Counted from the first letter of the stretch, positions 1 to 13,403 are shown. The stretch: 64,000 nt of DNA from the human T2T-CHM13v2.0 reference genome, Homo sapiens (GCF_009914755.1 NC_060930.1), one strand, 5' to 3'. A program made the numbers and translations. The notes: generated by a model not told the origin, from the letters alone.

Positions 1-39
1 GCCTGTCAGAGGTTCTCCGGGGACTCCTTTACACTTGGC

Positions 40-440
40 TATCTCAGAATGCTTTTTATTTGTTTGTGTGTCATTAGCAGTGTGTTGTAATTCTGCTTGT
101 AAAGATCTTTCAATTTATTAGCCAGATGTATTCCTAGGTATTGTGTGTGTGTGTAGGGGAGGCGGGCGGGGGGCGGGTCTATTGTAAATGGAATTGCATT
201 CTTGATTTGGCTCTCAGCTTGAATGCTATTGGTGTATAGAAATGCCACTGATTTTCATACATTGATTTTTTATATCCCGAAACTTTACTAGAGTCAGTTA
301 TCAGTTTCAGGAACCTTCTGGTGGACTCTAGGGTTTTCTAGGTATAGAATGATACCTTCAGCAGAGATAGTTTGACTTATTTTCCTATTTGGATGCCTTC
401 TATTTCTTTCTCTTGCCTAATTTCTCTTACTGTGACTTCC
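40..440 (-). mobile_element. L1 ORF2 (RT region) fragment, L1PA/PB-like
   Basis: Minus translation resembles L1 ORF2 (IRQEKEI.GIQIG ... AFLYTNSIQAESQIKNAIPFTI). Confidence 0.85.
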
Positions 441-444
441 TGAC

Positions 445-1290
445 TCAATATTTGGAAATCAGTCAATGTAATCTGCCATATTAACAGGTTAAAGAAGAAA
501 ATTACGTGATCATATCAATCCATGTGGGAAAAGCATTTGACAATATCTGACACTCATTTATGATAAAAACTACCAGAAAAGTAGGAATAGAGGGGAACAT
601 CCTCAATTTAGCAGAGAAACTTAACATCAGACTTAATGGTGGAAGGCTGAATGCTTTCTGCATAAAATTGGGAAGAAGGCAAGGATAACCTCTGTCACAA
701 CTGCTATTCAACATAGAACTATGGTACATCCATACCATGGGATACTCATCAGTAATAAAAAAGTACAAACCACCCATATATGTGACAATGTAGATGTATC
801 TCAAAAACATTATATTGAGGGAAAAAGCCAGATGAATCTCAAGGACATTAAGTTACGTTGAAAAAAAAAAGCCAACCTGAAAAAGTCACATGGTCTATGA
901 CTTTTTATGTATATAACATTCTTGAAAAGTGAAAATTATAGAGGTGGAAAACAGATGAATGGTGGAAGAGGTTAGAGGTGGTGGAGGACAGAAGGGAGAG
1001 GTAAGTATGACATAGAGAGGTAGCACAAGGGAGATCTCTGTGCTGATGGAATAGTTCTGTATAGTAATTGCTATAGTGGTGGTAACATAAAACTACACAT
1101 GACAAAATCGTGTAGAACTATAAACACACGGTACCAATGTCAAATACACAGTTTTCATATTGTATTATAATTACATAAGATGTATCTTATTGTATTGGGA
1201 AAACTGGATGCAGAATACATGAATCCTCTCTGTACTATCTTTGTAACTTCCCGCAAATTTATGATTATTTCAAAATAAAAAGTTTTTATA
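445..1290 (+). mobile_element. Old L1M (L1MC/MD-like): RT fragment (445-720) fused to the 3' end
   Basis: KAFD..HSFMIK and RQG.PLS.LLFNI-type sequence, followed by a typical L1M 3'UTR ending attatttcaaaataaaaag. Confidence 0.8.
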
Positions 1291-2250
1291 AAAGGCCATT
1301 TTGGATGCGGTACAGAGAAGAGACTGAAAGGATGAAATGGTGGAAAGATGCTGGTGCCAGGGAGGTGACAAGAAACCAATTAGGAGATTTCCTGCAGCCA
1401 TTCATGACAGTGCACATTCACTCTGACCAGAGGAGGAGTGGCAGAAATAAAGAAAGTGAGTGGACGTGAGAAATTTTTAGGTAACAAGATGGAAAGTATC
1501 TCCTTGGTGATGGTCGAATGCGGAAGGAAGGAGAGGAACTTGTCATCAATAATGCCCAGATTTCTGGATGGCAAAGGCAAGTGTGGTGATACCACTATGA
1601 GACAGAGTATGGGAAAAAGAACAGGACAGGTGTAGGGAGATGGTGTGAAGGGTGAACTAGTTTTAGACACGTCAAATTTGGGGTGTTTTTGAGATAGCCA
1701 CATAGATCTGTTGAGTTGACAGTTTGGAACTCAAAGTTAAATAATGGGAAGTCCAGACACAGAAATAATAATATTTAATAATAAAAAGTCATGAGCAGAA
1801 GGATTGAGGACCTACGATCTAGTCTTAATAAATTTACAAGATTTCATAGCTAGGAGGAGAAGGACAAGTAGACCAAGAATAACAAAGAGGAGGTGTCAGA
1901 GAAATATTAGGTTGGTGCAAAAGTTATTGTGGAGCAAAAACCACAATTACTTTTGCAACAACAAGAAGAAAATCCAGAAGTGGGTAGTATCAGGGAAGCT
2001 GAGGAAAGAGAGTATTTCAAGGAGAATGTGACTCACAGTATTCAATGGTCTGAGAAGTCCAGTCAGATCAGAACTGAAAATGGCTGCTGTGTTTTATGGC
2101 ATAGATGTTATTGGTGGCCTCAGTGAATGGTGACGTAGATTAAGGAGCCAGTGGAAAAGGAAAAAATGAATATAGAAAATATATTAAGTTTTTTCCCAAA
2201 GTTAGGCTGTGAAGGGATAGAGAGAGCTATAAAGGAAGATTTTCATTTGT
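1290..2250 (-). mobile_element. L2 fragment
   Basis: Purine-rich degenerate sequence typical of antisense L2. Confidence 0.6.
1907..1962. mobile_element. MADE1 (Hsmar1 MITE), internally deleted
   Basis: ttaggttggtgcaaaagttattgtgg ... gcaaaaaccacaattacttttgcaacaac matches the MADE1 inverted termini. Confidence 0.9.
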
Positions 2251-2960
2251 TTTGTGTGTGTTTGTTTGTTTCAAGCTAGGAGTGACTCAAAGATGCATAA
2301 ATGCCAATGGAAGAGAATTGAAAATACAGAAGTGAAATGATGTGATCTAGTGCCCAAGAAGCCAAGAGGCCACAGGGTCCAGAGCACAGAGATAGAGACA
2401 TAGCTGGTTATTTTTCCCAACTAGAGAGAGAAGTGCGTCTCATTCAGCAGTACCAAGATGTTGGTTGTAATGGTAATTGTGGCAATTGCCTTTAGTCTGT
2501 ATTCTTCATTTGAATAAATATTCTTTCATTAAATTATAGCTTAGTAAAGTTAGAGGACACGTTAGAAATTACCTAGCTCGACTACTACTTTTACAAGTCG
2601 GAAACCTGGGGCCTGGAGAGGATGGAAGAGATCACTCCTCCCAATGATACATTGGTCTTGGGCTTAAGTCACTGCAAACCCTTGTATCCGCTAGTGTCTT
2701 CTGCAGTTCAGTAGCTTCTTTGAGCCCAGATTTCTTCATGTGAAATAATTGGACCATAATTGTTTTGGAAAGGAACAATCTGCTTTTTTGTCGATACTAT
2801 TTTGAAAAAATATTTTACTTCTCTAGTCACCAGCCTTTCTGTTTGAAGCTTACAGGTCTTAGAGGTAAAACTGGTCAAGCAACATGATTACAGTTCAGCA
2901 GATGAGGCACCCATGCTATATTGAACTAAAAGCATGTAACTGGGTTTTAGGTGTGTATTT

Positions 2961-3276
2961 TTTTTTTTTCTTTTGAGGCAGAGTTTCACTCTGTCACCTG
3001 GTCTGGAGGGCAGTGGTGCAATCTCGGCTCACTGCAACTCCACCTCCTGGGTTCAAGCGATTCTCCTGCCTCAGCCTCCCAAGTAGTTGGGATTACAGGC
3101 ACCTGCCTCTATGCCCAGCTAATTTTTTTTTTTGTTGATGTGTATTTGTAGTAGGCAGGGCATGGTGGCTCATGCCTGTAATCTCAGCACTTTGGGAGGC
3201 CGAGGAGAGTGAATCACTAGGTCAGGAGTTCAAGATCATCCTGACCAACATGATGAAACTCAGTCTCTAATAAAAA
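2961..3276 (-). mobile_element. AluS with inverted left arm (right arm minus 2961-3153, left arm plus 3154-3278)
   Basis: The two arms are in opposite orientation inside a 13-bp direct repeat taggtgtgtattt (2948-2960 and 3277-3289). Confidence 0.85.
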
Positions 3277-5011
3277 TAGGTGTGTATTTAAAAAGGATTA
3301 ATAGCTCATTTTTACCTGGATAGACCAGCCCTGACATCCAGAATTTTTGCTAAGACTTAGGCCATCACCCAACTGGCCCCATCAGAATTAGTTTCCTCAG
3401 CAAGGCAGGTGCCTGTTCTGTGCTTGATGCTGTTGCATCTGCTGGGACCAGGATGTTGCTTCTGTTCTTCTATAAAATAATGAAGAACTCAATTTTTCTG
3501 AGGGTCCATAGGCTAACGGATCATTCTTTCCTCTACTCACCCTCTTCTTCATGCCTTGAAATTTTAAGCCTTTTCTATGCTCTTTGCATAAAAATTGTTA
3601 ATCTTCTTTTTATTTATTTATTTAGGTTTTTGTTTACTTATTTATTTATTTTAGTGGTGTTTTTAACATTTACTATAGACTTACAGCCAAGTTGTAAAAA
3701 TAGTCCACAGAGCTTTCATGTACTCACCTCCCAGCTCTTCCACAACTGTAATTGTAGTGCAATTGACAGACCTTATTCAAATCTTGCCAGTTGTCACACT
3801 AATGTTTTTCCTGTGATCTAGAATCCAAACCAGCATTCCCAAATTGCATTTAGTTGTCATGACTCCAACCCGGGAGGCACTTTTCTCTTTGATGACCTTG
3901 AAACTTTTGAGAACTGCCTCTCAATTCGGGTTTGTCTGGTGTTTCCTTAAGCATACATTCAGATTATACGTGCTTCTCCCTTGTAAGCACTGGGTCTTTG
4001 GAGTCTGGGAGCTGAAGTTCGTCTGCTCCCCATCCATCATGAGCCTGTGTTCTTTGTGAAAAGCACATTCATTTAGAAATAAAGAATGGGTTTCTAGCTC
4101 CACATTTAGAGCTATAGCATAGTACTTACTGCAACTAATACAACACTTATTGTTCACCTCCAGGGTTAAGTATTACATTGTTTAATGTGCTATTTAAAAC
4201 AACTGAGCACCTGGGGGTGTCTGTTCTAAATCTCTATCATCAGTTATTGTTAACTCACTAGGAACACAGCTAAGTCATCCAAACCTGATGCTTAGACCAA
4301 TTACTGGATCAACCAGAATTCCTACAGACTAGAGTCACCCATAAATAACTTAACAGTCTAACAGCGCCTTAGGCCAAATGCACCAGTAACCAGTCGTGGG
4401 CATCAGAGAGGGGCTGACTTTCCAAGAGATGTGCAGGCTGGGGTACCATCACCAACATCCCCAAAATGGATATGAGAAGAAGTTGACAGCAGTCAAAACT
4501 TTCTTTCAAGCTTCTAATTCAAACGCCACATGAAAACTAACTGGGTCTAGAATCAGAGTATAATTCTAATGTCCCAACTTATTACTGTGTCACTTTAGTC
4601 AAGGAGCTTATCCTCTCATTCATTCATTCATTGTAACAAATTACGGAATGTCTTCTATGTGCTACACTTGATGTCAGGTGCTGAACATCTTATGGTGAGT
4701 CAAAACAGATAATTTTTTTTTGGCAAAACAGGTAAGGAATAATGTTCTACATGGGGTGGGGGTGGGGGAGGAATAGTGTGAACAAGAGCCATGTGGTAGA
4801 AGGGTGCAAGGGTTCTGAAAAAAACCATTGTAGCTGGATGGCAAAAAAAAAAAAAAAAAAAAAGAAGCAAGCAGAATAGAAACTGAAGCTGTGGGGTGTG
4901 GAAGGGTGAGACCAGGAGAGCACCGTAGGCGTGTTAGGGAGTTTTTGTCTCGTCCTAATAGGATGGGGGAAGCCACCAATAGGTATTAAACACTGAAAAC
5001 ATTTAATCAGA

Positions 5012-5455
5012 TGCTGGGTCTGTCCTGCAGACCCTGGCCGACAGATGAAATGGGTACTCAGACACAGGTATGCAGTGTAAGAGCAGCTAGGTGACTAGGT
5101 GCTAGGTGACTGCCTGGCTCTAGACGCCAGAGAGAAGCTGGAGCAGCTTGCTTTTATTCAGAAAACCTGGAGCCCACACAACCTGTAGGTAATTAACATT
5201 TATTGTTCCCCTTTCAGGGAACGTCATGCACATGGATGATCAAAGGTCAGGTCCTGGTCAATATAAGTAAACAAGTCTGTTGAAGATAAATTCCCCCACA
5301 TTCCCTTGTACCTACCCCTTGCCCTCTGCCTCAGGGTTATAGAACAGCTGCCTTCGGCTATTCTCCCCCTGGGGCTCTGCAGAACCTTCTGACCTTTCAG
5401 AAGGTTTGCGTCCTTTCCCTATAGTTTTTCCCACCCCTCTGATGGATCCCCCACA
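5012..5455 (-). mobile_element. Solo LTR22-family LTR (HERV-K22/HML-5)
   Basis: TG...CA ends and a 6-bp TSD atcaga/agcaga. The minus strand begins tgtggggga...gtgggaaaaactatagggaaaggacgcaaaccttctgaaagg, like LTR22B. Inserted in an L2. Confidence 0.8.
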
Positions 5456-6054
5456 AGCAGATTTGGGTTTTGAAAGATTACTCTAACTGTAATGAAGAAA
5501 ATGATTTGGAAGTCACAACACCAATTACATGGTAGCTCAGGCAAGAGATGATGCTAGCTTGAACTAGGGTGGCGGTATGGAGACCTAAGTGGAGATGTAA
5601 GGGAGTAGAAGTATTTGTAAAAAGGCAGCAATGTTTCCATAGGATCTGCTTCATACTGCTGGTTTTCAATCACTTACCCTATGACTTGAAAACTTACTTT
5701 ACTTCTCCATGCCTGTTTCCTCATCTGTACAAATGAGGTATAATAATGATTTCTATATCATAGGGTTATTGAGAGGATTAAATTAATAGAAGTAAAATGC
5801 TTAGAAAAGTACCTGGAACACAATAATCACACATACCACATTCTACATATACATACACACATATATAAACTTACAGCAATTAAGAAGCTATTTAAAAAAT
5901 AAAACTGACAGGACTGGGAGATAAATTGAGTATCTAAAGAAAGGGAGAGGTAGATGTGTATCTGCCAGACCTCTTACTCGCAAACAATAGATATCGACTC
6001 TGTTATTTAAGTTGAAAGAAACTGATAAGGAAAGGAATAGGCAGAAAAAAGGTG

Positions 6055-9000
6055 CACTTCCTACCAAAATGGAGTAATAGGGAACCATATTTCCCCTCCT
6101 ACTTGGAATGACTAAGAAATTGGACAAAAATATATGAAGAAACAGATTTCAAGATATTGGACATTAGGCAATGAAGGGCGGTTATTTTTAAGAGATGGGG
6201 ATGGGAAATGACGTGAGCCTTACAAATGCCCCAGTTTACCACCTTGAGAGAATTTCTAGGCTGCAGTGCAGCAAGGGTGAACCCAAAAGGAGTCTGCTGC
6301 TCACCCTGAGTTGAGGAGGTGGAGCCTCCAGAGAGTTCACAGTAGTTAGAGTTTTCAGGGTACAGCATCAGAGAGGAGAGAGCTGCATGGAGTGATAACT
6401 CTGAAGATGTACATAGGGTCCTTCTTGAGTCCTGAGCACTGAGCCTCAGTACTTCTAGAGAGGTACTCATTCTGAGCAGCACATATGGTAAAGAAAACTA
6501 CCTGAGACCAGAGAAAAACACCTGAAAGGAAGAGAGGGTAGTCAGAGTCAGAGCTCACACAAAGCTGGGAATAGTGTCTGTGCCTGGCCAGACTGGAAAA
6601 TGAGTCATGGAATAGAATACTTAGAAGGGTCTTAGGCAGGGGAAATTATCACTAGACTAAATGCCACTCCAGTACTCCCTAACAAATCTTAAAAGCAAGC
6701 CCTGAAAGAATTGAACTATTTCAAAATAATTAAACTATTAATTATTTTGAAATAATTTATCTCCCAGAACAAATCTCAATTTTATATATATATGAATTTT
6801 TTAAAATCCACTACCTAATATGGTAAAATTGACAATGTGTGACATCAAATAAGAAATTATCAGGCATATAAAAAATTGGGAAATATGAACAATATTGAGA
6901 AAAATTAATCAATCAAAACTCATAAGCAAATCAGAACTCACAAGATGTCAGAATCAGGGAACGAGGACATTGAAACAGTTACTACAAGTGCCTTCCATTT
7001 ATTAAAAAAAAGCTAGAGTAGAGATTCAACATGTTAAGTTGTACAAAATATTAACAGTGACTCATATTTAACTTCTAAAAAAGAAAACTAAACTGCCTCA
7101 GATGAAGAATACATTGTATGGGATTAATGGCAGATTAGACATTGCAGAAGAAAAGATTAGTGAGTTGAACAGCATAACAATAGAAAGTACCCAAGTGAAA
7201 TTCAGAGATAACAAAAGACTAAAAATTCAATGAACAGAACATCATTGATATATTGGATAATTTGAAAGAATGTAATGTAGATATAATTGGAGTCTCTAAA
7301 ACAGAAGAGAAAGAAAGGAAAAAGAGAAAACTAAAGAAACAATGGCTGAAGATTTCCCAGATATGATGAAAACCATAAACCCAAATATCCAAGAAACTCA
7401 GCAAATCCTAAGTACAAGAAACACAAAGGCACATAAGAAATGGCTCAAAATTAGTGAAAAAGAGAAAATCACTTAAAAACAGATAAAAAGGTACTATATA
7501 CACAAAAGAATGAAAATAATAGTGACAGCAAAATTTCTACTGGAAACAATCTAAGTAAAAGAAGAAAAACATCTTTAAAATTCTAAAATGAAAAAAAAAC
7601 CAACTGCCAATCTATCATTCTGTGGTGAAAATATAATTCAAAAACAAAAATGAAGAAGGACTTTGAAGACATAAAAAAGGTGAAAATATTCATCACCACT
7701 GGATCTATACTACAAAACATACTTAAAGATGTTGAAGTGAAATGTATGGTAAACATAGCACAAAGGCTGGGAGAAATAACATGGACATATAATATCATAA
7801 ATGATGAAGTGGTATAAGCATTACTAGAATGTAGACTGTGATAAGTTAGAGATGTATACTGTATACTGTAAATGCTAGAGTAACCACTAAAATAACAAAA
7901 CAAAGAGATCTAGCTAAGGAGCTAGAAGGAGATGAAGTGGAGTAATAAAATCGTTCAATTAATACAAAGGGCCACAGAAAAAGAAATCTGTAACAAAGAA
8001 CAGATAGAAAACAAATAGCAAAATAGTAGCTTTAAACCTAACCATATCAATTATCAATTATCACATGAAATGTCTAAGTACCTCCATTATAAACCAGAAG
8101 TGGTCAAATTATATACTGCCTACAGAAATCTACATTTAATATAATGATACAAATAGTTTAAAAATAAAAGCATGAAAAAAGATATAATATGCTAACACTA
8201 ATTAAAAGAAAGCTGGGATGACAATATTGCTGTCAGATAAAGTATATTTCAAAGCAAAAAACATTACAAGAGATAGAGTCATTTTATAATGAAAAAGTGG
8301 TCATTTTTATCAAGAGAATATAACAATCTTAAACTTGAATGCACCTAATAACAAAGTTTCAAAGTAAATAAGCAAGGAGAAATAGACAAATCCCCATTTG
8401 TAATTGCAGATTTTAATATCTATCTCTCAGTAATTGATGAAACAAGACAGAAAATTGGCAAAGTTACAGAAAGTTAGAAAATCACTATCATTAAAATGCA
8501 ACAGGATGCAATACAAGAAAAAAATTTTAAAAATCACTATCAATCAACTTGACATAATTAGCATTTTTAGAGCACACTATACAACAACAGAAGAACAGAC
8601 ATTCCTTTCAATGCATATGGACTATCTATTATGATAGAACATATTCTGAGCCATAACACAAGTGCCAATGAATTTAAAAGAATTCAAATCATGGAAACTG
8701 TGTGATGTGATCACAATGGAATTAACTTAGAAATCAACAAGAGAAAGATATCTGAAAAATGCTCAACTATCTGGGGAAAAAATAATACTTTTAAGCAACT
8801 CATGAACCAGAAAAAAATCAAACAGGAAATTAGAAAGTGTATTGAAATGAATGAAAATGAAAACAATATATCAAAATTTGTAGAATACTAGAGTAGTACT
8901 TAAAAGGAAATTTATAGTACTGCATGTCTCTATATGTAAAGATGAAAGGTCTTTACTTACTTTAAAGCTAGTATGATAATAATTGGCATAGAGATCGACA

Positions 9001-9075
9001 AATAGGTCAATGAAAGAGAATAGAAAAACCAGAAACGGACCCATGCATATTTGGGCATCTGATTTTCAACACAGA
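6055..9075 (+). mobile_element. Old L1M element: 5'UTR, decayed ORF1 and ORF2 endonuclease region
   Basis: A-rich plus strand with recognisable ORF1/EN remnants (e.g. aatgcacctaataaca, gaaatagacaaatcc, gatcacaatggaattaa). Many stops. Confidence 0.8.
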
Positions 9076-10148
9076 GACTAGAATTGTGGTTCCTGCTGCC
9101 TCCTGAAACTAGATGCAGCTGCTCTATCTCATCTCCAGAATTCATCTTGCTTTTCTACTCCTCTAACTTCTGATTCTGGGGCTGAGGCAGGGGGTGTTTC
9201 ATAGCGGGGCTATGTGCCTATGTCTTATCTGAATTAGAGTCCGGGAAGGTGCATGCTTGCCGGGTAAGATGGAGGATGCTCCAAATGCTTCAACAGTAAA
9301 CAGAGGTCAGGTAGCCAAGAAGAATAACCAAAATAAGGAGTCAGTGATGCTCTTAAGCTTACCCTCAAGGGCTCAGTTTCCTTAGCTAAGAAAGAAGTAT
9401 TTCATAAGATTTCCATGAGAATCAAATAAGATCATATATGTAGAAATACTTTGCAATTTTAAGTATAAATGTAAAATGTTATTTTTGAGACCCATAAAAC
9501 TTTGCAACTGAACTCTTTTGAACTAAAGCCTTAATGGGACAAGCAAGAGTTAAGCAACAGGGGGAGAAGGCCCAGTGAACAAACAGGAGGAGATTCCAGG
9601 AGACAGAAAAAGGTCTGGATACCAGGTTGTGGTACAACCAGTTGTAGATCAAAAAGAGGGAAAGAATGGTTAAGTAGCTCCCCTAAGGACATTGTTTATA
9701 TAGCTGTTTCCATACCTTTAAAATATAATGATTAGTACCTTAGCAAAAGAATTATAGTCAATACATTTATATATCTTGTGCAGGCCTATTACAAATAAGT
9801 TAGATAAGAATTCTCTTACAGTTGTCATGAAGTATTGTTTATTAATCTGTTTGCATCTGTATAACATAAATTACCAATTCAAATCTGGGGAAATGCTATT
9901 GCTTTCATTCCAATTTAATTGTTTATTCGACTTCATCCTTCTGCATCTTCTCATCCTCAAAAAACAAAAACGAAAACCACAAAGTTTGATTATTCCAATT
10001 GAGCTAACTAGATACTTTAAATCCACACATAACTTCTGTCTCTTGGTCTCACCTTTAGTTTGTACTATAATGACCAACATTGAAAATAAAAGCATTTATT
10101 TCATAGAGATACAAATAAAGACCTTACAACTGCATTTAGAGGATTATA

Positions 10149-10477
10149 CAGTCACATGTCACTTAACAAGGGGGATGCATTCTCAGAAATGTGTCAATAG
10201 GCAATTTTGTCATTGTGTGAACATCATGCAGTGTATTTCCATAAACCTAGATGGTACAGCCTATGACACACCTAGGCTATGTGGTACAGCCTATTGCTCC
10301 TAGACTACAAACCTGTACTGCATGTTACTGTACTGAATACTGTAGGCAATTGTGACATAGGGTAAGTATTTGTAAATATTTGTGTTTTTAAACATAGAAA
10401 AGGTAGAGTAAAAATACGGTATTATAATCTTATGGGGTCCATCATTGACTGAAACATTGTTATGTGGTACATGAGTA
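10149..10477 (-). mobile_element. Tigger3a-like (TcMar-Tigger) MITE
   Basis: cagtcacatgtcacttaac... and ...gaaacattgttatgtggtacatg termini with TA flanks; internal cctaggctatgtggtacagcctattgctcctag. Confidence 0.85.
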
Positions 10478-10539
10478 TAATCTACCCACACCTGTAATAT
10501 TACAAAATAACATTACTTTAGGTAATTATTTGCTGTTTT

Positions 10540-11090
10540 TTAGTGTAGACTTTTTATTCTATAACAGCTTTAGAATTACAGGAAAATTATGAAGATAGAA
10601 CAGAGAGCTCCCATTCCCTCCACACCCAGTTTCTTCTATTGTTAACATTTTACACTAGAATGATATAATTGGTCCAACTACTACACCAGTATAGATATAT
10701 TGTTATCAACTAATGTCCATACTTCATTGAAATTTCCTTAGTTTTTACCTGATTACTCTTTCTTTTCCACAGTCCCATATAGGATGCCACAACACATTTA
10801 ATCGTCACATCTCCGTAGGCTCTTCTTAGCTGTGATAGTTTCTGATTTTCCTTAATTTCGATGACTTTTGACAGTTTTAAGGTTTCCTGGTCAGGTGTTT
10901 TGCAGAGAGTGCCTCAGTCAGAATTTGTCTGATGTTTTTCTCATGATTAGACAGGGGTTATGGGTTTTTGAAATGAAAATCACAGAAGGAAAGTGCCACT
11001 CATTCTATCATCTCCAGGGTGCATGCTATCAAATGAGGTATCAACATGACATATTACTGTCGACATTGACCTTGGACACTTGAGTTAGAT
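10540..11090 (-). mobile_element. L1MC-type 3' end
   Basis: Recognisable antisense L1MC 3'UTR. Confidence 0.7.
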
Positions 11091-11911
11091 CTGTTCTGTA
11101 ACGTGTGTTGTTTGCTCTGCACTGCTGCCATTCTGTATGACATTAATTTTTTTTCATTTTTTTCCAACATTTTGTTGTGAGAATTTTTAAAAATACTGCA
11201 AAGTGAACTTTTAGGTTTTTATAATAATGTTTTATACATGCTGCCACTGAGATCCTACCATCCATCTTTTACTACCCTCACTTTGTCACATCCCTGTCCA
11301 TCTACCCATTCTGCCATCCATCCCACTGATCCATCTTGTTGCTTGAATTCTGTCATTTATTTTGGGTTCTATCTATTTTTCTATGCAACAGAAGAGAAAA
11401 ATAGAACTGGATTTGCTGCAAAGAAACAAAGAAGGAGAAAGAATCATGGTGAATTTTAGAGTTCAAGTTTTATAGATGTGCAGGGAGGGGCACATTTAAG
11501 AAAGTAGTGAAGGGCAAAAATTAGTCTGCAATTTAGGAACTGGTAGAAGTTCTTTGATATTATGAAGTATGTCTAAAATATCACTGCCACCCTGAAAATT
11601 GCCAAACAATTGTACAAAAGAAAGCTAGAGGGAACTATGGACCAAACACGCATGACCTCAGGGGATTGGAAGGGAATGGAAGAGCATTTGCCAATTTGGA
11701 ACAACAGCAGCGTGTCTCTAAAGGGACTATGTCAGAAAGACCCAGAATTGCATTTCCATTTCCAAGAACCCATCCTCAGCACTAACTAAATAGGAATTTC
11801 TGAGATACACATTTTGTTTATCCATTCCCCTAATGCAAAGAACTCTTCAGTGAATGTCCTTTACACTTTTCTTATCTGCAAGTATGAGAGTTTCTCCAGG
11901 AGAATGATCTT

Positions 11912-12330
11912 TGTGTTAGTTTGCTAGGGCGCCACAACAAATTATCACAAACTGGGTGGCTTAGAACAACAAAAATTTATTGTTTTACAGTTCTGGAAGC
12001 CAGAAGTCCAAGATCAAGATGTCGGCAGGGTTGCTTCCTTCTGAGGATTGTGGGAGTAAGATCTGGCCCAAACCTCTCTACTTGGCCTGTAGGTGACCAT
12101 CTTCTCCATGTGTCTCTTCACATCATTTTCACTTTCTCTGTGTCTCTGTGTCTAAATTCCCCTTTTAAAAGGACACCAGTCCTATTGGATTAAGGCCCAC
12201 TCTAGTGACCTTATTTTAACTGGACTGATTAACTTCTGTAAAGACCCTATCTCCAAATAAGGTCACATTCTGAGACGCTGAATGTTAGGACTTCAACATA
12301 TGATTTTTGGGAGGACACACTCTAGCCCAG
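11912..12330 (-). mobile_element. MLT1B/C MaLR LTR
   Basis: tgtgttagtttgctagggc...aaactgggtggcttagaacaac...aaataaggtcacattctgag. Confidence 0.85.
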
Positions 12331-13403
12331 GCTTCACATTTATTTCTTGTATAACCTTTAAAGGAATTTGGAAAAACTTTCCACTCCTTACACATTTTAA
12401 TATTGACATTTAACAATTTAAATCATAGATTTAAAGAGTTTCAAAGGATAAAACTTCTGACATTTTGTAATTATTGATGCTTTAAAACAAAATGATTATA
12501 TCACTTTTTAAAATGTATCCAAAGGAATTTGGATACCATAACAATTTAATTCAATTCTCATAATCCATTATAAACATGCATGCATAATCTCCTGTGGAAA
12601 TGTTATAACTTTTCTTTTTCTCCTTTTCATTCCAATTGTCCCACAGAATTTTATCTTATTGTAATATATTTTTGTCCCAGAAGGTCTCTTTTTTGACCAC
12701 CCTATCATACTTCTCTTTGAAAAAATTATGGATAGAGATTGAATTTTTAAAATGTCTTATTTCCTGGAAGGCAGTAAGTGTTAAACACTTTCTTCTGGAT
12801 TGAGTTATTGTAATTGTTACCCAATTGATCAAGACACCAAATCATAAAACTACAATTAATTTGTAGTTTATTAAACAGAAAAAGTAAAGTTCCATAGAGA
12901 ATTCTTCTCTTAATTATAGAAATGGTACTTCTCTCCCCAGTTAGTTCATGTATCCATTGATGAAATCTGTATTGTTCCAGCATTCATCAATGCTGGAACA
13001 ATACAGATTTCTGTACTCATTTTTGTCCCTCCCTCACTTTTATAGAAGTAACTGCTGATAAAATATATTCATGATAATAAATAAATGGGAGCAAATGGCA
13101 TTTGTTTAGAGCAGTTTCCTCCAATTCTATGCATTCCATTCAAGTTAAATACCAAACACTACCTAGTAATTTACTGACAAAATATTTTTAGTGCTGTCTG
13201 CCAAAAATTCTATTAAGTTATTTAAATTCATGAAAGTGTCAAAAACCACCTAACATGCAGACAATCTATTGCCCAATTATGAGTTATTCACATTCTTGAA
13301 TTCTGAGAGGTACACCAGAAAGAGTTTATCAACCCTAATCAAATAACTCTTAAATATACCTGTTGCTCTTTTATTTAAAGGCCCCCTGTGTAGAATGGAT
13401 TGG

